From: Candidatus Omnitrophota bacterium
GTDB taxonomy: Bacteria > Omnitrophota > Gorgyraeia > 2-02-FULL-51-18
Direction of reading: 5' to 3'
DNA: 64,000 nt
NCBI GenBank assembly: GCA_016197155.1
Contig: JACPWF010000006.1
Coordinates: 9,511 to 73,510 of the forward strand
In this document: positions 23,497 to 35,100 of the stretch, piece after piece
Numbering within the stretch: the stretch's first letter is position 1
Layout: each line of letters begins with the position of its first letter
Notes under the pieces: model-generated
The model's database searches: none
What the model saw: only the letters and a program-made list of their open reading frames with translations
What the model was told of the DNA's origin: nothing
Translations under genes and position numbers: made by a program

Positions 23497-23523
23497 CTTT
23501 TATCGCTCCTTTTGTTTCGCACA

Positions 23524-24621
23524 TTATACACTAAACCGAAAATGCATCACATCCCCGTCCTCGACCACGTACTCTTTGCCCTCGAGACGGAACCGGCCTT
23601 TTTCCCGCGCGCCCTGCTCGCCGCGATAACGCACAAAATCGTCGTACGCGATCACCTCGGCGCGGATGAATCCCTTTTCAAAATCCGAGTGAATTTTCCC
23701 CGCGGCCTGGGGCGCCGTGGAGCCTCCCTCGACCGTCCAGGCGCGGTTTTCGGTCTCGCCCACCGTGAAAAACGCGATGAGGCGAAGCAGTTTGTGTCCC
23801 TCGCGCGCCAGCTGGTCGAGCCCCGATTCTTTCAGGTTCATCGCCTTTAAAAATTCCCCGCGCTCATTCGGCTCAAGTTTTGAAATTTCCTCCTCGACTT
23901 TTCCGCTGATCGCGATGACCGCCGAGCCGTCCTCGGCCGCCTTTTTTCTCACGGCCGTCACGTGCGGCGTGTCGGGCCGGCCGAGCTCGTCCTCGGCGAC
24001 GTTCGCGACGTAAAGAATGGGTTTGTCCGTGAGAAAATGGCTCTCTTTCAAAAGCGACCGTTCCTCGCCGGACAACGCCGCCTGCCGCGCCGTTTTTCCC
24101 TCATTAAAATTTTTCTCGCAGAGCGACAACGCCGAGAAGACCTGCGCCGCTTTTTTGTCGCCGGCCTTGGCGGCTTTTTCCCATCGGACTTTCATTTTGG
24201 CGAGCGTTTCCAGGTCCTTCAGGATGAGTTCGGTTTTGAGGACTTCCATGTCCCGCGGAGGATCGACCGTGCCGCTCACGTGGACGATGTCCTTGGATTC
24301 AAAACAGCGCACGACCTCGATGATCGCGTCGACCTCGGCGATGTGGCTGAGGAACTGATTGCCCAGGCCCTCGCCGACGCTCGCCCCCTTCACGATGCCC
24401 GCGATGTCGACGATCTCGATCGAGGTGGGCACGACTTTTTTCGTGGGAACGATTTCCGTCAGCACCTGCAAGCGTTCATCCGGCACGGCCACGACACCGA
24501 CGTTCGGATCGATTGTGGCGAACGGGTAATTCGCGGCGAGGACCGAACTGCGCGTGAGCGCGTTAAAAATCGTGGACTTGCCGACGTTCGGCAGGCCGAC
24601 GATGCCGCATTTAAAACCCAT
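23524..24621 (-). CDS. ychF: Ribosome-binding ATPase YchF
   Basis: GIVGLPNVGKST, ANYPFATIDPN, GEGLGNQFL and APQAAGKIHSDFEKGFIRAE. Confidence 0.97.
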   Translation of the reverse strand: MGFKCGIVGLPNVGKSTIFNALTRSSVLAANYPFATIDPNVGVVAVPDERLQVLTEIVPTKKVVPTSIEIVDIAGIVKGASVGEGLGNQFLSHIAEVDAIIEVVRCFESKDIVHVSGTVDPPRDMEVLKTELILKDLETLAKMKVRWEKAAKAGDKKAAQVFSALSLCEKNFNEGKTARQAALSGEERSLLKESHFLTDKPILYVANVAEDELGRPDTPHVTAVRKKAAEDGSAVIAISGKVEEEISKLEPNERGEFLKAMNLKESGLDQLAREGHKLLRLIAFFTVGETENRAWTVEGGSTAPQAAGKIHSDFEKGFIRAEVIAYDDFVRYRGEQGAREKGRFRLEGKEYVVEDGDVMHFRFSV

Positions 24622-26129
24622 TATTTAATCCCAACTTCTAACTTCCAACTTCTAACTTTTTTATAAATATCCGCGCCCGTCCCCATTTCAGGAAGGTTGC
24701 TTTTGGCATCCGCCAATATTTTCAAAAAAGGCGGCTCGATTTCATCCGGGACATACGGCTGGACAAGCTCGGCGGCGCGCGCCGCGAATTTCATGTTCTG
24801 GACCGGTTCGATCCCCGAGAGCTCGTCAAAAAACCACCCGCAGCTCGTGAACATGAAAAGCGCGAATTTTTCGGCCTCGAGCAGATTCCATAATTTCGTT
24901 TCCTCTCCCGGATTCAAATTTTTTCCGGCCTGCCGCGCGAGGAATTTTTCGCGGCCTTCTTCGGAGCCGTCGAGCATCACCTCGATGTAATCGTTTCTGG
25001 CGCCCCAGGGGTCTTTCAGGAGACCGCCGGCCTGCGTTTCATAAACGTCATCCACGATCTTTTTTAAAAAATCAAACGCGTCCCGGAGCGGCGCGCGCCA
25101 TTTTTGATTCCAGCCTTCGTGGGAGGCAACATGACAACCGCAGTCGGACCGCCAGCGCTCCACGCCGTGCGCACAGCTCCAGGAGCTGTTCTCGTGAATG
25201 TCCGCTTCCGATTGCGAACCCGCCTTCGCCAAAAATTCCGCGAAATTGACCAGGTGCGCCAAATGATAGTCGCGGATTTTTTTGAAGCCGTAGGCGATCG
25301 CCATTTCCCCGAACCGGTGATGATGCCCGAAGGATTCCCCGTCCGTCGCGGTGGAAACCAATTGTTCCGCCTGGCGGTGGCTAAAGGAAGTCAGTAATTT
25401 GTAAACGAGTTCATCGCCGTTGTGAAGCAGTCCCTGAAACGCGATCGCCCGCGAAAGCGGCGCGTCGTAGAAAAAAACGTGAAACTGCCGCCCGTGGTCC
25501 AGCACCATGCGATAGGCCTGGCGCGTGTCCACCGTCTCGTGACGCCGGTTCTGCCATTCCGACCCAAAACCCAGACGGCGGACGCGCTTGGCCTGATGCG
25601 GCGCCAAAACCGTGAAAAGAATCCCGTGCTCGGCCATGACATTGAGCGTCTCTTTGTCCGCGGCGGTTTCGGAAAGCCACATGCCCTCGGGTTTTCTTTT
25701 GTAATGGAATTCGAAATCGCGGATGCCCCAGATCACCTGCGTGATTTTGTCACGGCGCGAAGCGAGCGGCATGATGACGTGGTTGTAAACCTGGGCCATG
25801 GCGTTGCCGTGGCCGCCCCGTTCGGAAATACTGCGGCGATCAGCGTCGAGGATGGCCTCGTAAACGGCGGGATTTTTTTTGCGAAGCCAGCTTAAGAGCG
25901 TCGGGCCGATGTCAAAACTGAGATAAGAAAAATTGTTCACGCGCTCTTTGGTCTGCCCTTTCGGATCGAGAACCGGTGCGCGCGTGTTCGGGGCGTAGCA
26001 TTCCTTTGTGATGCGCTCGTTCCAGTCATGGTCGGGGGCGGCGCTGTCTTCCCTCTCGACCTCGCCCGTCCAGGGATTTTCGCGCGGCGGCTGGTAAAAA
26101 TGGCCGTGGATCGTGATGTGTTTCTTCAT
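24621..26129 (-). CDS. GH57 / DUF3536-family glycoside hydrolase
   Basis: HGHFYQPPRENPW, GMWLSET, ATDGESFGHH, SWSCAHGVERW and MFTSCGWFFD. Confidence 0.85.
   Translation of the reverse strand: MKKHITIHGHFYQPPRENPWTGEVEREDSAAPDHDWNERITKECYAPNTRAPVLDPKGQTKERVNNFSYLSFDIGPTLLSWLRKKNPAVYEAILDADRRSISERGGHGNAMAQVYNHVIMPLASRRDKITQVIWGIRDFEFHYKRKPEGMWLSETAADKETLNVMAEHGILFTVLAPHQAKRVRRLGFGSEWQNRRHETVDTRQAYRMVLDHGRQFHVFFYDAPLSRAIAFQGLLHNGDELVYKLLTSFSHRQAEQLVSTATDGESFGHHHRFGEMAIAYGFKKIRDYHLAHLVNFAEFLAKAGSQSEADIHENSSWSCAHGVERWRSDCGCHVASHEGWNQKWRAPLRDAFDFLKKIVDDVYETQAGGLLKDPWGARNDYIEVMLDGSEEGREKFLARQAGKNLNPGEETKLWNLLEAEKFALFMFTSCGWFFDELSGIEPVQNMKFAARAAELVQPYVPDEIEPPFLKILADAKSNLPEMGTGADIYKKVRSWKLEVGIK
24631..24658. 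repeat. Heptamer array (C[CT]AACTT)x4 forming the GH57 C-terminus
   Basis: ccaactt ctaactt ccaactt ctaactt; translated KVRSWKLEVG. Confidence 0.88.
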
Positions 26130-26138
26130 TGGATTATT

Positions 26139-27125
26139 TTACCATACCCAATCCGCCAAATTGGGCCGGCCGTCATGCCGCCGGGCGAGCAAGGGATGCT
26201 GCATTTGTCCCGCGCGGCAGATCCGGTTCGCTCCGAGTTTCACCAGGCGCGCCGCGAGCCTTTTTCTCTCGGAGGGCGCCGCCTCAAGCGCCACCGTCGA
26301 CAACGCCCCGCGCAGATGGGACAGCGACCAGAAAACGCTTTCTCTTTTTTCAAACGCCCTGACGAGGTACGGCTCTTTCAACATCCGCGAAAAAGACTTG
26401 GGTGACACCTCTCCCCCTTTTTCGACGTAAATCACCGACGGCGAAAGACACCCGCGCCTGTCCATCATCCAAATATCATGGGCGGCCTTCCCGGCCAGAT
26501 TCCGGATATTTCTTTTTTTCATCGCCGCGCGCGTGTAAAAACCCAGGCTCACGCGGTGCCCGTGGCCGATGAAGGGTTTCGCGGGCGGAAGGTCTTTTTG
26601 GATGCGCGCCAGGGTTTCGTCGCTTCCGTAGGCGACGACAAGGCCGGCTTTCTTATAATGCCGGCGCAGAGAGGCTTTTGATTTTGGCGGCAAAAGGCGG
26701 TGCCCCGCGGCCAAACGAGGGTCAATCCCCCGGAGCGACGCGAGGTAAACGTCGAGAAACCCCCCGTCGCGGCCGGAGACCTTGCAGATATTTTTGCTTT
26801 TCACGAGGATTCCAAAAACAAAGCTGAAGATCGCGGGGTTGGGCACATTGCCGGGGAGGATGTGCAAAATAATGTCCGGGCCCCTGACCTGACCGTCGAG
26901 ACGAAGCGGATTTCCGAACTCGAGCCGCAGAAGCGCGAGGATTTTTTTCCCGGTCAGCTCCGAAAAAATGGAATCGAGAATGGCCTCCGCCTGCTTCCGG
27001 CTAAAATGGGATCGCGTGACAAGTTTTTTTAGAGCCTTTTGGCGATAAGAATAATTTTTCGAAAGCCACCGTGCCGAAAGCCGCCCGATTTGCCGGACAA
27101 TTTCTTTGATCGGCCGCGGATTCAC
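26139..27125 (-). CDS. LuxC-like acyl-CoA/acyl-protein reductase
   Basis: HILPGNVP, VVAYGSDET, GHGHRVS, DRRGCLSP (catalytic Cys) and GQMQ...HDGRP; start GTG 27125. Confidence 0.8.
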   Translation of the reverse strand: MNPRPIKEIVRQIGRLSARWLSKNYSYRQKALKKLVTRSHFSRKQAEAILDSIFSELTGKKILALLRLEFGNPLRLDGQVRGPDIILHILPGNVPNPAIFSFVFGILVKSKNICKVSGRDGGFLDVYLASLRGIDPRLAAGHRLLPPKSKASLRRHYKKAGLVVAYGSDETLARIQKDLPPAKPFIGHGHRVSLGFYTRAAMKKRNIRNLAGKAAHDIWMMDRRGCLSPSVIYVEKGGEVSPKSFSRMLKEPYLVRAFEKRESVFWSLSHLRGALSTVALEAAPSERKRLAARLVKLGANRICRAGQMQHPLLARRHDGRPNLADWVW

Positions 27126-28153
27126 GACGCCAAAAACTCCTCGTACGCCGTCGAGCACCCCCGGATCTCGGCCTCGGGCGCGCGGCCCAAAAGCTCGAAC
27201 CCTTCCCGATGGGCCAGGCCCAGGTCTTCGGTCTGCACGGCCATCACCGATCCGCGATTGGCCAGGTCCCAATGCCTCAAAAGTCCTTTTTCCCCTTTTT
27301 TGGCCTCCTCCCCCGTGGCCGGATCGATGACGAGCGTCCGCGTCCACGGCGGCCCCTCGAACGGCCGGCCGCCCGCGCTGTAAAATTGGCTCGAGAGCTC
27401 GGTCATGCCGTACTCGCTCACGCAAAAATTTTCGGGGATGCCCAGTCTTTTTTTGCATTCGACGTAAAGGGATTTTTTGGAAATTTCCCGGGCCCTCCCC
27501 TTGAATCCGCCCGTTTCAAACAGGCGGCTTTTGGGAGGAAGTTTCACGGAAATTTTTTTCTCATTCAAAAAATCAAGAAAACCTTTGAGGGAAAACGCCG
27601 TCGCGAGAATGAGGACCGGCCCTTTTTCTTTTTTTAAGTCCGCGAGCATCTCTTTGAAAAAAAACCTTCCCCGCCGCGCGTAAAATTTTCCGGGCGGCCG
27701 GGAATACCGGCGGTTCACCACTCCCATCATGTGCGACAGCGAGGAATCCGCGGCCTCTCCGGGAGAAGCCATTAAAAAGAAAAAGCGAAGGCGCGCGTTG
27801 TCGAAGAGGAGATGCTTTTCGAACGGCGGCCCGATCGCGGCCTCATAGTATTTCAACGTGTCAAAAAAATGCGCCCCGCGCCCCCGGCCCGTCGTGCCGC
27901 TGGTGCGGAACAGCTTCACCGCTTTTTTGACGGGGAAGGTCGTGAGCACCAGGTTCTTGAACCCGTCCGTCGGGATGGCGGGGATCTCTTTCCAGTTTTT
28001 CAGCGAGCCGGGCTTTTTGCCCTCCGCCAGGCAGAAGCGCCTGTAGTTTTCGTTGCGTTCGAACTGGCGCCGGAAAAGTTGGAGGGCCGGCGTTTCGAAA
28101 TCGGCGGGGTCTAGGAAATTTTTTTGAGGATCTTTTCGAATTGCTGGACGCAA
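27122..28153 (-). CDS. LuxE-like acyl-protein synthetase
   Basis: IPAIPTDGFK, FRTSGTTG, ETGGFKGR, SEYGMTELSSQ, QTEDLG and LLGR...EIRGC; start codon uncertain (TTG 28153 used). Confidence 0.8.
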   Translation of the reverse strand: MRPAIRKDPQKNFLDPADFETPALQLFRRQFERNENYRRFCLAEGKKPGSLKNWKEIPAIPTDGFKNLVLTTFPVKKAVKLFRTSGTTGRGRGAHFFDTLKYYEAAIGPPFEKHLLFDNARLRFFFLMASPGEAADSSLSHMMGVVNRRYSRPPGKFYARRGRFFFKEMLADLKKEKGPVLILATAFSLKGFLDFLNEKKISVKLPPKSRLFETGGFKGRAREISKKSLYVECKKRLGIPENFCVSEYGMTELSSQFYSAGGRPFEGPPWTRTLVIDPATGEEAKKGEKGLLRHWDLANRGSVMAVQTEDLGLAHREGFELLGRAPEAEIRGCSTAYEEFLAS

Positions 28154-29448
28154 AAGGAGATCTCTTTCTCGGAAATCACAAACGGGGGCGTAATGGAAAT
28201 GACGTCGTGATGCTCGCCGGCCGGCAAAACGAGGATGCCGCCACGCAGGCACTCCTCGATGAAAAGCCGCGCCTTGGCCGGGGGCTTGCCGAATTCCACG
28301 CCGATCATGAGCCCCGCGCCGCGCACGTCGGCGATGAGGGGGTATTTTTCTTTCAATTTCCAGAGTTCCCTACGGAAAAAATCGCCGAGCGATTTCGAGC
28401 GGTCCACGAATTTTCTTCTTTCAATTTCTCCGATCACCGCGAGGGCAATCGCGCACCCCAGCGGATTTCCCACGTAGGTGCTCGTGTGAATGGCGTCCCC
28501 CGTCGACGCGCCCCAGGAATGCATCACGCGGGTCGTCCCGACGCAAACCGAAATCGGAAACCCGCCGCCCATCCCCTTTCCCAGACACAAGAGGTCGGGA
28601 ACGACACCGCTCTTGTCCATGGCAAACATCGAGCCCGTTCGTCCGAAACCCGTGAACACTTCGTCCGCGATGAGAAGGGCCGCCTCTTCGTCGCAAACGG
28701 CGCGGAGCTCCTTTAAAAAACCGGGCGGCGCGACGTGGATGCCGCCGCGGCCCTGAATGGGTTCAAGGATCACCGCGCCGATCCGGTGCGGCGACCGGCG
28801 GGATTTATGAATAATTTTTTTAACGGCTTTTAAATCGGAAAACGGCGCGAACGAGACGTGCTTCCCGAGCTGTTTCGCGAAAGGCTTGCGGAAATCCGCG
28901 CGGTGCGTGACATGGAGCGCCCCATAATTCAAACCGTGATACGCGCGCTCAAACGCGATGACCCCGGTTTTTTTCGTGTGCATCACGGCGGTTTTGAGCG
29001 CGGTCTCGACCGCCTCGGCGCCCGTCGAGGAAAAAAAACTCTGGTTCAGATTTCCGGGCGTGATCTCCGAAAGTTTTTTGGCCAAAAGCACCTTCACCTC
29101 GTTCGGATGCACGTCCCCCAGGCCGTGGATCATTTCCGCCGCCTGGCGCCGCATCGCCTCCTGCACGACGGGCGAGGAGTGCCCGATCCCCATCACGCCG
29201 AAACAGCTCGTGAGATCGAGGTAGCGGTTCCGGTCCACGTCAATCATGTTGGCGCCGGATGCTTTTTTTAGAAAAATGGGGAAAGGTTCATGCGTGTAGG
29301 TGAGTTGGGGACACTCGAAGCGCTTCAAAAGCTCGGTGAGTCTGAGGGACTGCGGGCCCGGAATTTTCGTGCGGATTTTGGGAAGTAAATTTTTTGGGAG
29401 CGGCTTTTCTTTTTTCCCGATTTTAAAGGGAAAACGGAATAATTTCAA
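28111..29448 (-). CDS. Class III PLP aminotransferase
   Basis: TGAEAVETALK, AYHG, ILEPIQGRGG, DEVFTGFGRTG and GKGMGGG. Confidence 0.92.
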   Translation of the reverse strand: MKLFRFPFKIGKKEKPLPKNLLPKIRTKIPGPQSLRLTELLKRFECPQLTYTHEPFPIFLKKASGANMIDVDRNRYLDLTSCFGVMGIGHSSPVVQEAMRRQAAEMIHGLGDVHPNEVKVLLAKKLSEITPGNLNQSFFSSTGAEAVETALKTAVMHTKKTGVIAFERAYHGLNYGALHVTHRADFRKPFAKQLGKHVSFAPFSDLKAVKKIIHKSRRSPHRIGAVILEPIQGRGGIHVAPPGFLKELRAVCDEEAALLIADEVFTGFGRTGSMFAMDKSGVVPDLLCLGKGMGGGFPISVCVGTTRVMHSWGASTGDAIHTSTYVGNPLGCAIALAVIGEIERRKFVDRSKSLGDFFRRELWKLKEKYPLIADVRGAGLMIGVEFGKPPAKARLFIEECLRGGILVLPAGEHHDVISITPPFVISEKEISFCVQQFEKILKKIS

Positions 29449-30383
29449 TGCCCGGCCCCGAGAAATCGCTCCGCGTCGAGCGCGGCCATACAGCCCGTGC
29501 CGGCGGCGGTCACGGCCTGCCGGTATTTGTGGTCCTGCACGTCGCCGCAGGCGAAAACGCCGGGGACATTCGTCAGCGTGCCGTCGTGAACCCCGATGTA
29601 GCCTTTCGCGTCGAGCGCGACTTGACCCTTAAAAATTTCAGAATTCGGCGTGTGGCCGATCGCCATGAAAACGCCGTCGGTTTTTTTCTCGGAGACCGCC
29701 CCCGTTTTTAAATTTTTCAACACCACCGCCGTCACTTTTTTCTGCGCGGGGTCCTGGATGTCCGTCACGGCCGAGTCCCAGATGAAATCAATTTTTTTAT
29801 TGGCGCGGGCGCGGTCCTGCATGATCTTTGACGCGCGAAGCTCCGCGCGGCGGTGAACGATCGTCACGCGTGTCGCAAATTTGGTGAGAAACGTCGCCTC
29901 CTCCACCGCGGAATCCCCGCCGCCCACCACCACCACTTCTTTTCCCTTAAAGAAAAATCCGTCGCAGGTGGCGCAGGCTGAAACCCCGTGTCCCTGCAAC
30001 GCTTTTTCGGAGGGAATATTGAGCCAATTGGCCGAGGCGCCGGTGGCGATGATGACGGCATTCGCGGAATACTCTTTTCCGTCGGAAGTGACCCTGAAAG
30101 GGCGCTTCGAAAAATCGGCGGCCGTCACGTCCTGCTGAAGAAGCTCGGTCCCGAACCGCGCGGCCTGCTTGCGGAAAAGATCCATCATCTCGGGCCCCAA
30201 AACGCCTTCGGGAAATCCGGGATAATTTTCCACGTCGGTCGTCAGCATGAGCTGTCCGCCGGGCTGTCCGCCCTTGGCCAGGCCCTCGAAAAGAAGCGGT
30301 TTCAGATTCGCGCGCGCGGCGTAGATCGCCGCCGTGAAACCCGCGGGGCCGGAGCCGATGATGATGAGATTATGCGCCGTCAT
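29445..30383 (-). CDS. trxB: Thioredoxin reductase
   Basis: GSGPAG, CATCDG and GGGDSAVEEA. Confidence 0.96.
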   Translation of the reverse strand: MTAHNLIIIGSGPAGFTAAIYAARANLKPLLFEGLAKGGQPGGQLMLTTDVENYPGFPEGVLGPEMMDLFRKQAARFGTELLQQDVTAADFSKRPFRVTSDGKEYSANAVIIATGASANWLNIPSEKALQGHGVSACATCDGFFFKGKEVVVVGGGDSAVEEATFLTKFATRVTIVHRRAELRASKIMQDRARANKKIDFIWDSAVTDIQDPAQKKVTAVVLKNLKTGAVSEKKTDGVFMAIGHTPNSEIFKGQVALDAKGYIGVHDGTLTNVPGVFACGDVQDHKYRQAVTAAGTGCMAALDAERFLGAGH

Positions 30384-30603
30384 TGCCGATCGCCTCGACG
30401 GGACAACCCTCTTTGGCTTCTTTGCACTGCGCCTCCTCTTCGGGTGTGACGGGCTGTTTTTTCACGAAAGAATAGCCGCCCGCCTGGTTGCGGTCAAAAT
30501 TTTGCGGGGCCGTCTGGCGGCACAGGTCGCAATCAATGCACTGCGTGTCGACGTAAAATGCCCCCGGCACATTTTCAGGATAACGATTGGCCTTGTCTGA
30601 CAT
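30370..30603 (-). CDS. Ferredoxin (single 4Fe-4S/3Fe-4S type)
   Basis: CIDCDLC...CPVEAIG; GGAGG RBS. Confidence 0.9.
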   Translation of the reverse strand: MSDKANRYPENVPGAFYVDTQCIDCDLCRQTAPQNFDRNQAGGYSFVKKQPVTPEEEAQCKEAKEGCPVEAIGNDGA

Positions 30604-30620
30604 TGTTCCTCCATGATAAA

Positions 30621-30680
30621 AAGTTAGAAGTTAGAAGCGATCTCGTTTGCTACTAGCTACTAACTTCTAACTACTAACTA
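30621..30680. repeat. Inverted heptamer arrays between gltD and the ferredoxin gene
   Basis: aagttag x2 facing ctactag ctactaa cttctaa ctactaa. Confidence 0.75.
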
Positions 30681-30685
30681 AATTA

Positions 30686-32170
30686 CTAACTCGGTAAATC
30701 GCTCTCTCCCATTAAATATTCATCCACCGCGCGCGCGGCGCCCCGGCCTTCGTTGATGGCCCACACGATGAGGCTTTGTCCGCGGCGCATGTCGCCGGCG
30801 GCGAAAACCCCTTTCACATTCGTCGCGTATTTTCCGTATTCGGCCCTCGCGTTCGACCGCTCGTCCCGCTCCACTCCCAAACCTTTCAGCACCGTTTCCT
30901 CCGGACCCAGAAATCCCATCGCCAAAAGCACCAGGTCCGCCGGTAAAAGCTTTTCGGTGCCAGGCACCTCTTTGGGAATAAAACGGCCTTTGTCGTCTTT
31001 TTGCCATTCAATGTTCACGATTTGAATGTGCCGGACATTCCCGTTTTCATCTCCCACAAATTTTTTAGCAGTCACCAAATACTGCCGCGGGTCATCCCCA
31101 AAAAGCGCTTTGGCCTCCTCCTGGCCGTAGTCGAGACGGTAAACTTTGGGCCACTGCGGCCAGGGGTTGTCGGCCGCGCGCTCGAGCGGAGGCCTGGGCA
31201 AAATTTCCAGCTGGATCAAACTTTTGCATCCGTGCCGCATCGCGGTCCCCACGCAGTCGGTGCCCGTGTCGCCGCCGCCGATCACGACCACGTTTTTTCC
31301 CGAGGCGGAAATCCCCGCGCCGTTTTTTTTATTGTCCAAAAGATTTTTTGTGTTCGCGTGCAGAAACTCCATCGCGAAGTGAACGCCTTTCAAATTTCTT
31401 CCCTCAATGGGAAGGTCGCGCGGCTTTGTGGCGCCCCCGCACAGAACAGCGGCATCAAATTCTTTCAAGAGTTTTTCCGCGGGATAGTTCCGACCCACTT
31501 CCGTGTTCGTCACAAACTTCACGCCCTCTTTCGCCATCAAATCCACGCGGCGCTGAACGATTTTTTTATCGAGCTTCGGATTCGGAATGCCGTACATGAG
31601 AAGCCCGCCGGCGCGATCGGCGCGCTCAAACACCGTCACCGCGTGCCCGGCGCGGTTGAGCTGGGCGGCGGCGGCGAGCCCCGCGGGACCCGATCCCACG
31701 ACCGCCACTTTTTTTCCCGTGCGAACGCCGGGGATCTGGGGGGTCACCCACCCTTCCTCAAAACCGCGGTCGATGATCGCACATTCGATATTCTTGATCG
31801 TGACCGGCGGCTCGTTGATGCCCAGGACACAGGAGCCTTCGCAGGGCGCCGGACACACGCGGCCGGTGAATTCGGGAAAATTGTTCGTTTTGTGCAGGCG
31901 GTCGAGCGCCTCGCGCCAAAGGCCTTTGTAAACCAGGTCGTTCCATTCGGGAATAAGATTGTTGACCGGGCAACCCTCGGCCATTCCCGCCAGGAGCGTC
32001 CCGGTGTGGCAAAAAGGGATCCCGCAGTCCATGCACCGCGCGCCCTGAGAGCGCAGTTTCTCCTCGGGCAGGCGCTCGTGGAATTCATCCCAGTCCCTGA
32101 TCCGTTCGCGCGGAGAACGGTCTTTGGGAAGTTCGCGCGGAATTTCTTTGAAACCGGTGGGCTTGCCCAT
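30686..32170 (-). CDS. gltD: Glutamate synthase small subunit
   Basis: [17 protein letters not shown] and [16 protein letters not shown]. Confidence 0.96.
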   Translation of the reverse strand: MGKPTGFKEIPRELPKDRSPRERIRDWDEFHERLPEEKLRSQGARCMDCGIPFCHTGTLLAGMAEGCPVNNLIPEWNDLVYKGLWREALDRLHKTNNFPEFTGRVCPAPCEGSCVLGINEPPVTIKNIECAIIDRGFEEGWVTPQIPGVRTGKKVAVVGSGPAGLAAAAQLNRAGHAVTVFERADRAGGLLMYGIPNPKLDKKIVQRRVDLMAKEGVKFVTNTEVGRNYPAEKLLKEFDAAVLCGGATKPRDLPIEGRNLKGVHFAMEFLHANTKNLLDNKKNGAGISASGKNVVVIGGGDTGTDCVGTAMRHGCKSLIQLEILPRPPLERAADNPWPQWPKVYRLDYGQEEAKALFGDDPRQYLVTAKKFVGDENGNVRHIQIVNIEWQKDDKGRFIPKEVPGTEKLLPADLVLLAMGFLGPEETVLKGLGVERDERSNARAEYGKYATNVKGVFAAGDMRRGQSLIVWAINEGRGAARAVDEYLMGESDLPS

Positions 32171-32173
32171 AAA

Positions 32174-35100
32174 TTAATTTCCGCCCACGCGGGACAGGTC
32201 GCGGACATTTTCCTCGAAGGCCGCCATGATCGCCTCCTCGCCGCTGAGGCCGGAGCTTTTCACGCGATCGAGCGCCTGGAGGACGCGTTTGTAATCTTTC
32301 GGGATCACGCGGACAAATCGGGGAACCATTTCTTCCCAGAGATCCAAAATGTGCCGCGCGCGGCGGCTCTGCGTGTGGCGCAAATACCGCTCAATCAGGC
32401 CGCGCACCTCGGCGATTTCCGCGGGGCCGGTCAATTTTTCAAGCTCCACCATCTGCCGGTTACAGCGGCCCGCAAAATCCCCGGCGGCGTCCAGCACGTA
32501 CGCGATCCCGCCCGACATGCCCGCCGCGAAATTCCGCCCCGTGCCGCCGAGCACGACCACCCGCCCGCCCGTCATGTATTCACAACCATGATCGCCGACG
32601 GCCTCGACGACCGCGGAAACGCCGCTGTTGCGCACGCAAAACCGCTCGCCCGCCATCCCGTGAATGTAGGCCTCGCCGCTCGTGGCGCCGTAGAAAGCGA
32701 CGTTGCCGATGAGGGTATTTTCTTCGGGTTTGAAAGTTGATTTTTTCGGCGGATAAACAATGATCTTTCCGCCTGACAGCCCTTTGCCGACATAATCATT
32801 CGCGTCGCCCTCAAGCTCGAGGGTGATCCCGCGCGGCACAAAAGCGCCGAAGCTCTGCCCCGCGGATCCCGTAAACTGAAGATGGATCGTGTCGTCGGGC
32901 AGTCCGTCGGCCCCGTGCCGGCGCGTGAGTTCGCTCCCCAAGATCGTGCCCACGACGCGGTTGGTATTTTTGATCGCCAGCGACGCCTTCACGGGTTTTT
33001 TGTCTTCGAGCGCCGGCTCGCAGAGCTTGAGAAGGGTCGTGTGGTCAAGCGCCTTCTCGAGCCCGTGGTCCTGCGGGATCTGGCAGTAGCGCCCCACCTC
33101 CGCCGGAACTTTCGGTTGATACAAAATTTTTGAAAAATCAAGGCCCTTGGCCTTCCAATGGTCCACGGCCTTTTTCACGTCGAGCCGGTCGACGCGGCCG
33201 ATCATTTCATTCATCGTGCGGAATCCCAGACGCGCCATGATCTCGCGGACTTCCTCGGCGATAAAGGTCATGAAATGGACAACGTGCTGCGGATCGCCGC
33301 TGAATTTTTTTCGAAGCTCGGGGTCCTGCGTCGCCACACCGACCGGACAGGTGTTCAAATGACACACGCGCATCATGATGCAACCGAGCGCCACGAGCGG
33401 CGATGTCGAAAATCCGAATTCCTCGGCGCCCAGGAGCGCCGCGATCGCCACGTCGCGTCCGGTCTTGAGTTGTCCGTCGGTCTCGACGGCGATGCGACTG
33501 CGCAAATTATTCAAAACCAAGGTCTGATGCGTCTCGGCCAGTCCCAGTTCCCAGGGAATCCCCGCGTGCTTGATGCTCGAAAGCGGCGACGCGCCCGTGC
33601 CGCCGTCATGCCCGCTGATGAGGACCACGTCCGCGTGCGCCTTGGCGACCCCCGCGGCGATCGTCCCCACACCGACCTCGGCGACCAATTTCACGCTGAT
33701 CCGCGCGTTCCGGTTTGAATTTTTCAAATCGTGAATCAGTTCGGCCAGATCCTCGATGGAATAAATGTCGTGATGCGGCGGCGGTGAAATGAGCCCCACC
33801 CCCGGCGTCGAAAAACGCACCTTCGCGATCCACGGATAAACCTTGGCGCCCGGAAGCTGTCCGCCCTCGCCGGGCTTGGCGCCCTGGGCCATTTTGATCT
33901 GGAGCTCGCGAGCCTTCACCAGATACAGGCTCGTGACGCCGAAACGGCCCGAGGCCACTTGTTTAATCGCGCTGTTCCGCGAGTCGCCGTTCGGGTCCGG
34001 CGTGTAGCGCGCGGGGTCTTCGCCGCCTTCGCCGGTGTTTGATTTTCCGCCGAGCCGGTTCATCGCGATCGCGAGCGACTCGTGCGCCTCTTTGGAAATC
34101 GAGCCGTAGGACATCGCCCCCGTTTTAAAACGTTTCACGATCATTTCGACGGGCTCCACCTCGGCGATGGGGACGGGTTTCAAATCGGATTTAAAATCCA
34201 AAAGGCCGCGCAGGGTGCAGTGATGTTTCGATTGATTGTTCACGGCCTCGGAATATTCCTTGAACACTTTGTAATTTTTGGTGCGCGTGGAAAGCTGAAG
34301 CTTGTGAATGGTTTCGGGATTGAATAAATGAACCTCGCCGTCTTTGCGCCACTGGTATTGGCCGCCCGGGTCAAGCGCCAGGCCATCGGTCGAGCGCGGG
34401 GCAAACGCGTGATGATGGCGGCGCTTCACTTCCTCGGCGAGCGTGTCGATGCCCACGCCCTCGACGCGCGAGGCCGTCCACGTGAAATATTGGTCCACCA
34501 CGTTTTGATTCAACCCGATCGCCTCAAAGATCTGGGCGCCGCGATAACTTTGAATCGTCGAGATCCCCATCTTCGACATGGTTTTCACGACACCCTTCGC
34601 GACGGCCTTGGCATAATTTTTGACCGCGGTTTTGTGATCGATATTTTTTAAAATTCCCTGCCGGATCATGTCGTCCAGCGTCTCAAACGCCAGGTACGGA
34701 TTCACGGCCCCCGCGCCGTAGCCGACCAACAGCGCGAAGTGATGCACCTCGCGCGGCTCGCCCGATTCGAGCACGAGCCCGACCTTGGTGCGCGTGCCCT
34801 CGCGGATGAGGTGATGGTGCAGTCCCGACACGGCCAGAAGCGCGGGGATCGCCGCGTGGTCGGGGCCGACGCCGCGGTCGGATAAAATGAGAATGTTGAC
34901 GCCTTCTTTGATCGCGCCGCTCGCTTTTTTGTAAAGTTCGGCCAGCGACGCCTCGAGGGATTTCCCCCCGCCGCTCACTTTGTACAAAATCGGCAGGCTC
35001 ACGGATTTAAAATCCGGATGCCGCAGGTGGCGGAGTTTTTCAAATTCCTCGTTCGTCAAAACGGGACTTTTTAACCGGATCTGCCGACAGCTTTCCGGCT

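Noticed and set aside
26139-28153. Bioluminescence (lux) operon
   Set aside because: No luxA, luxB or luxD in the window.
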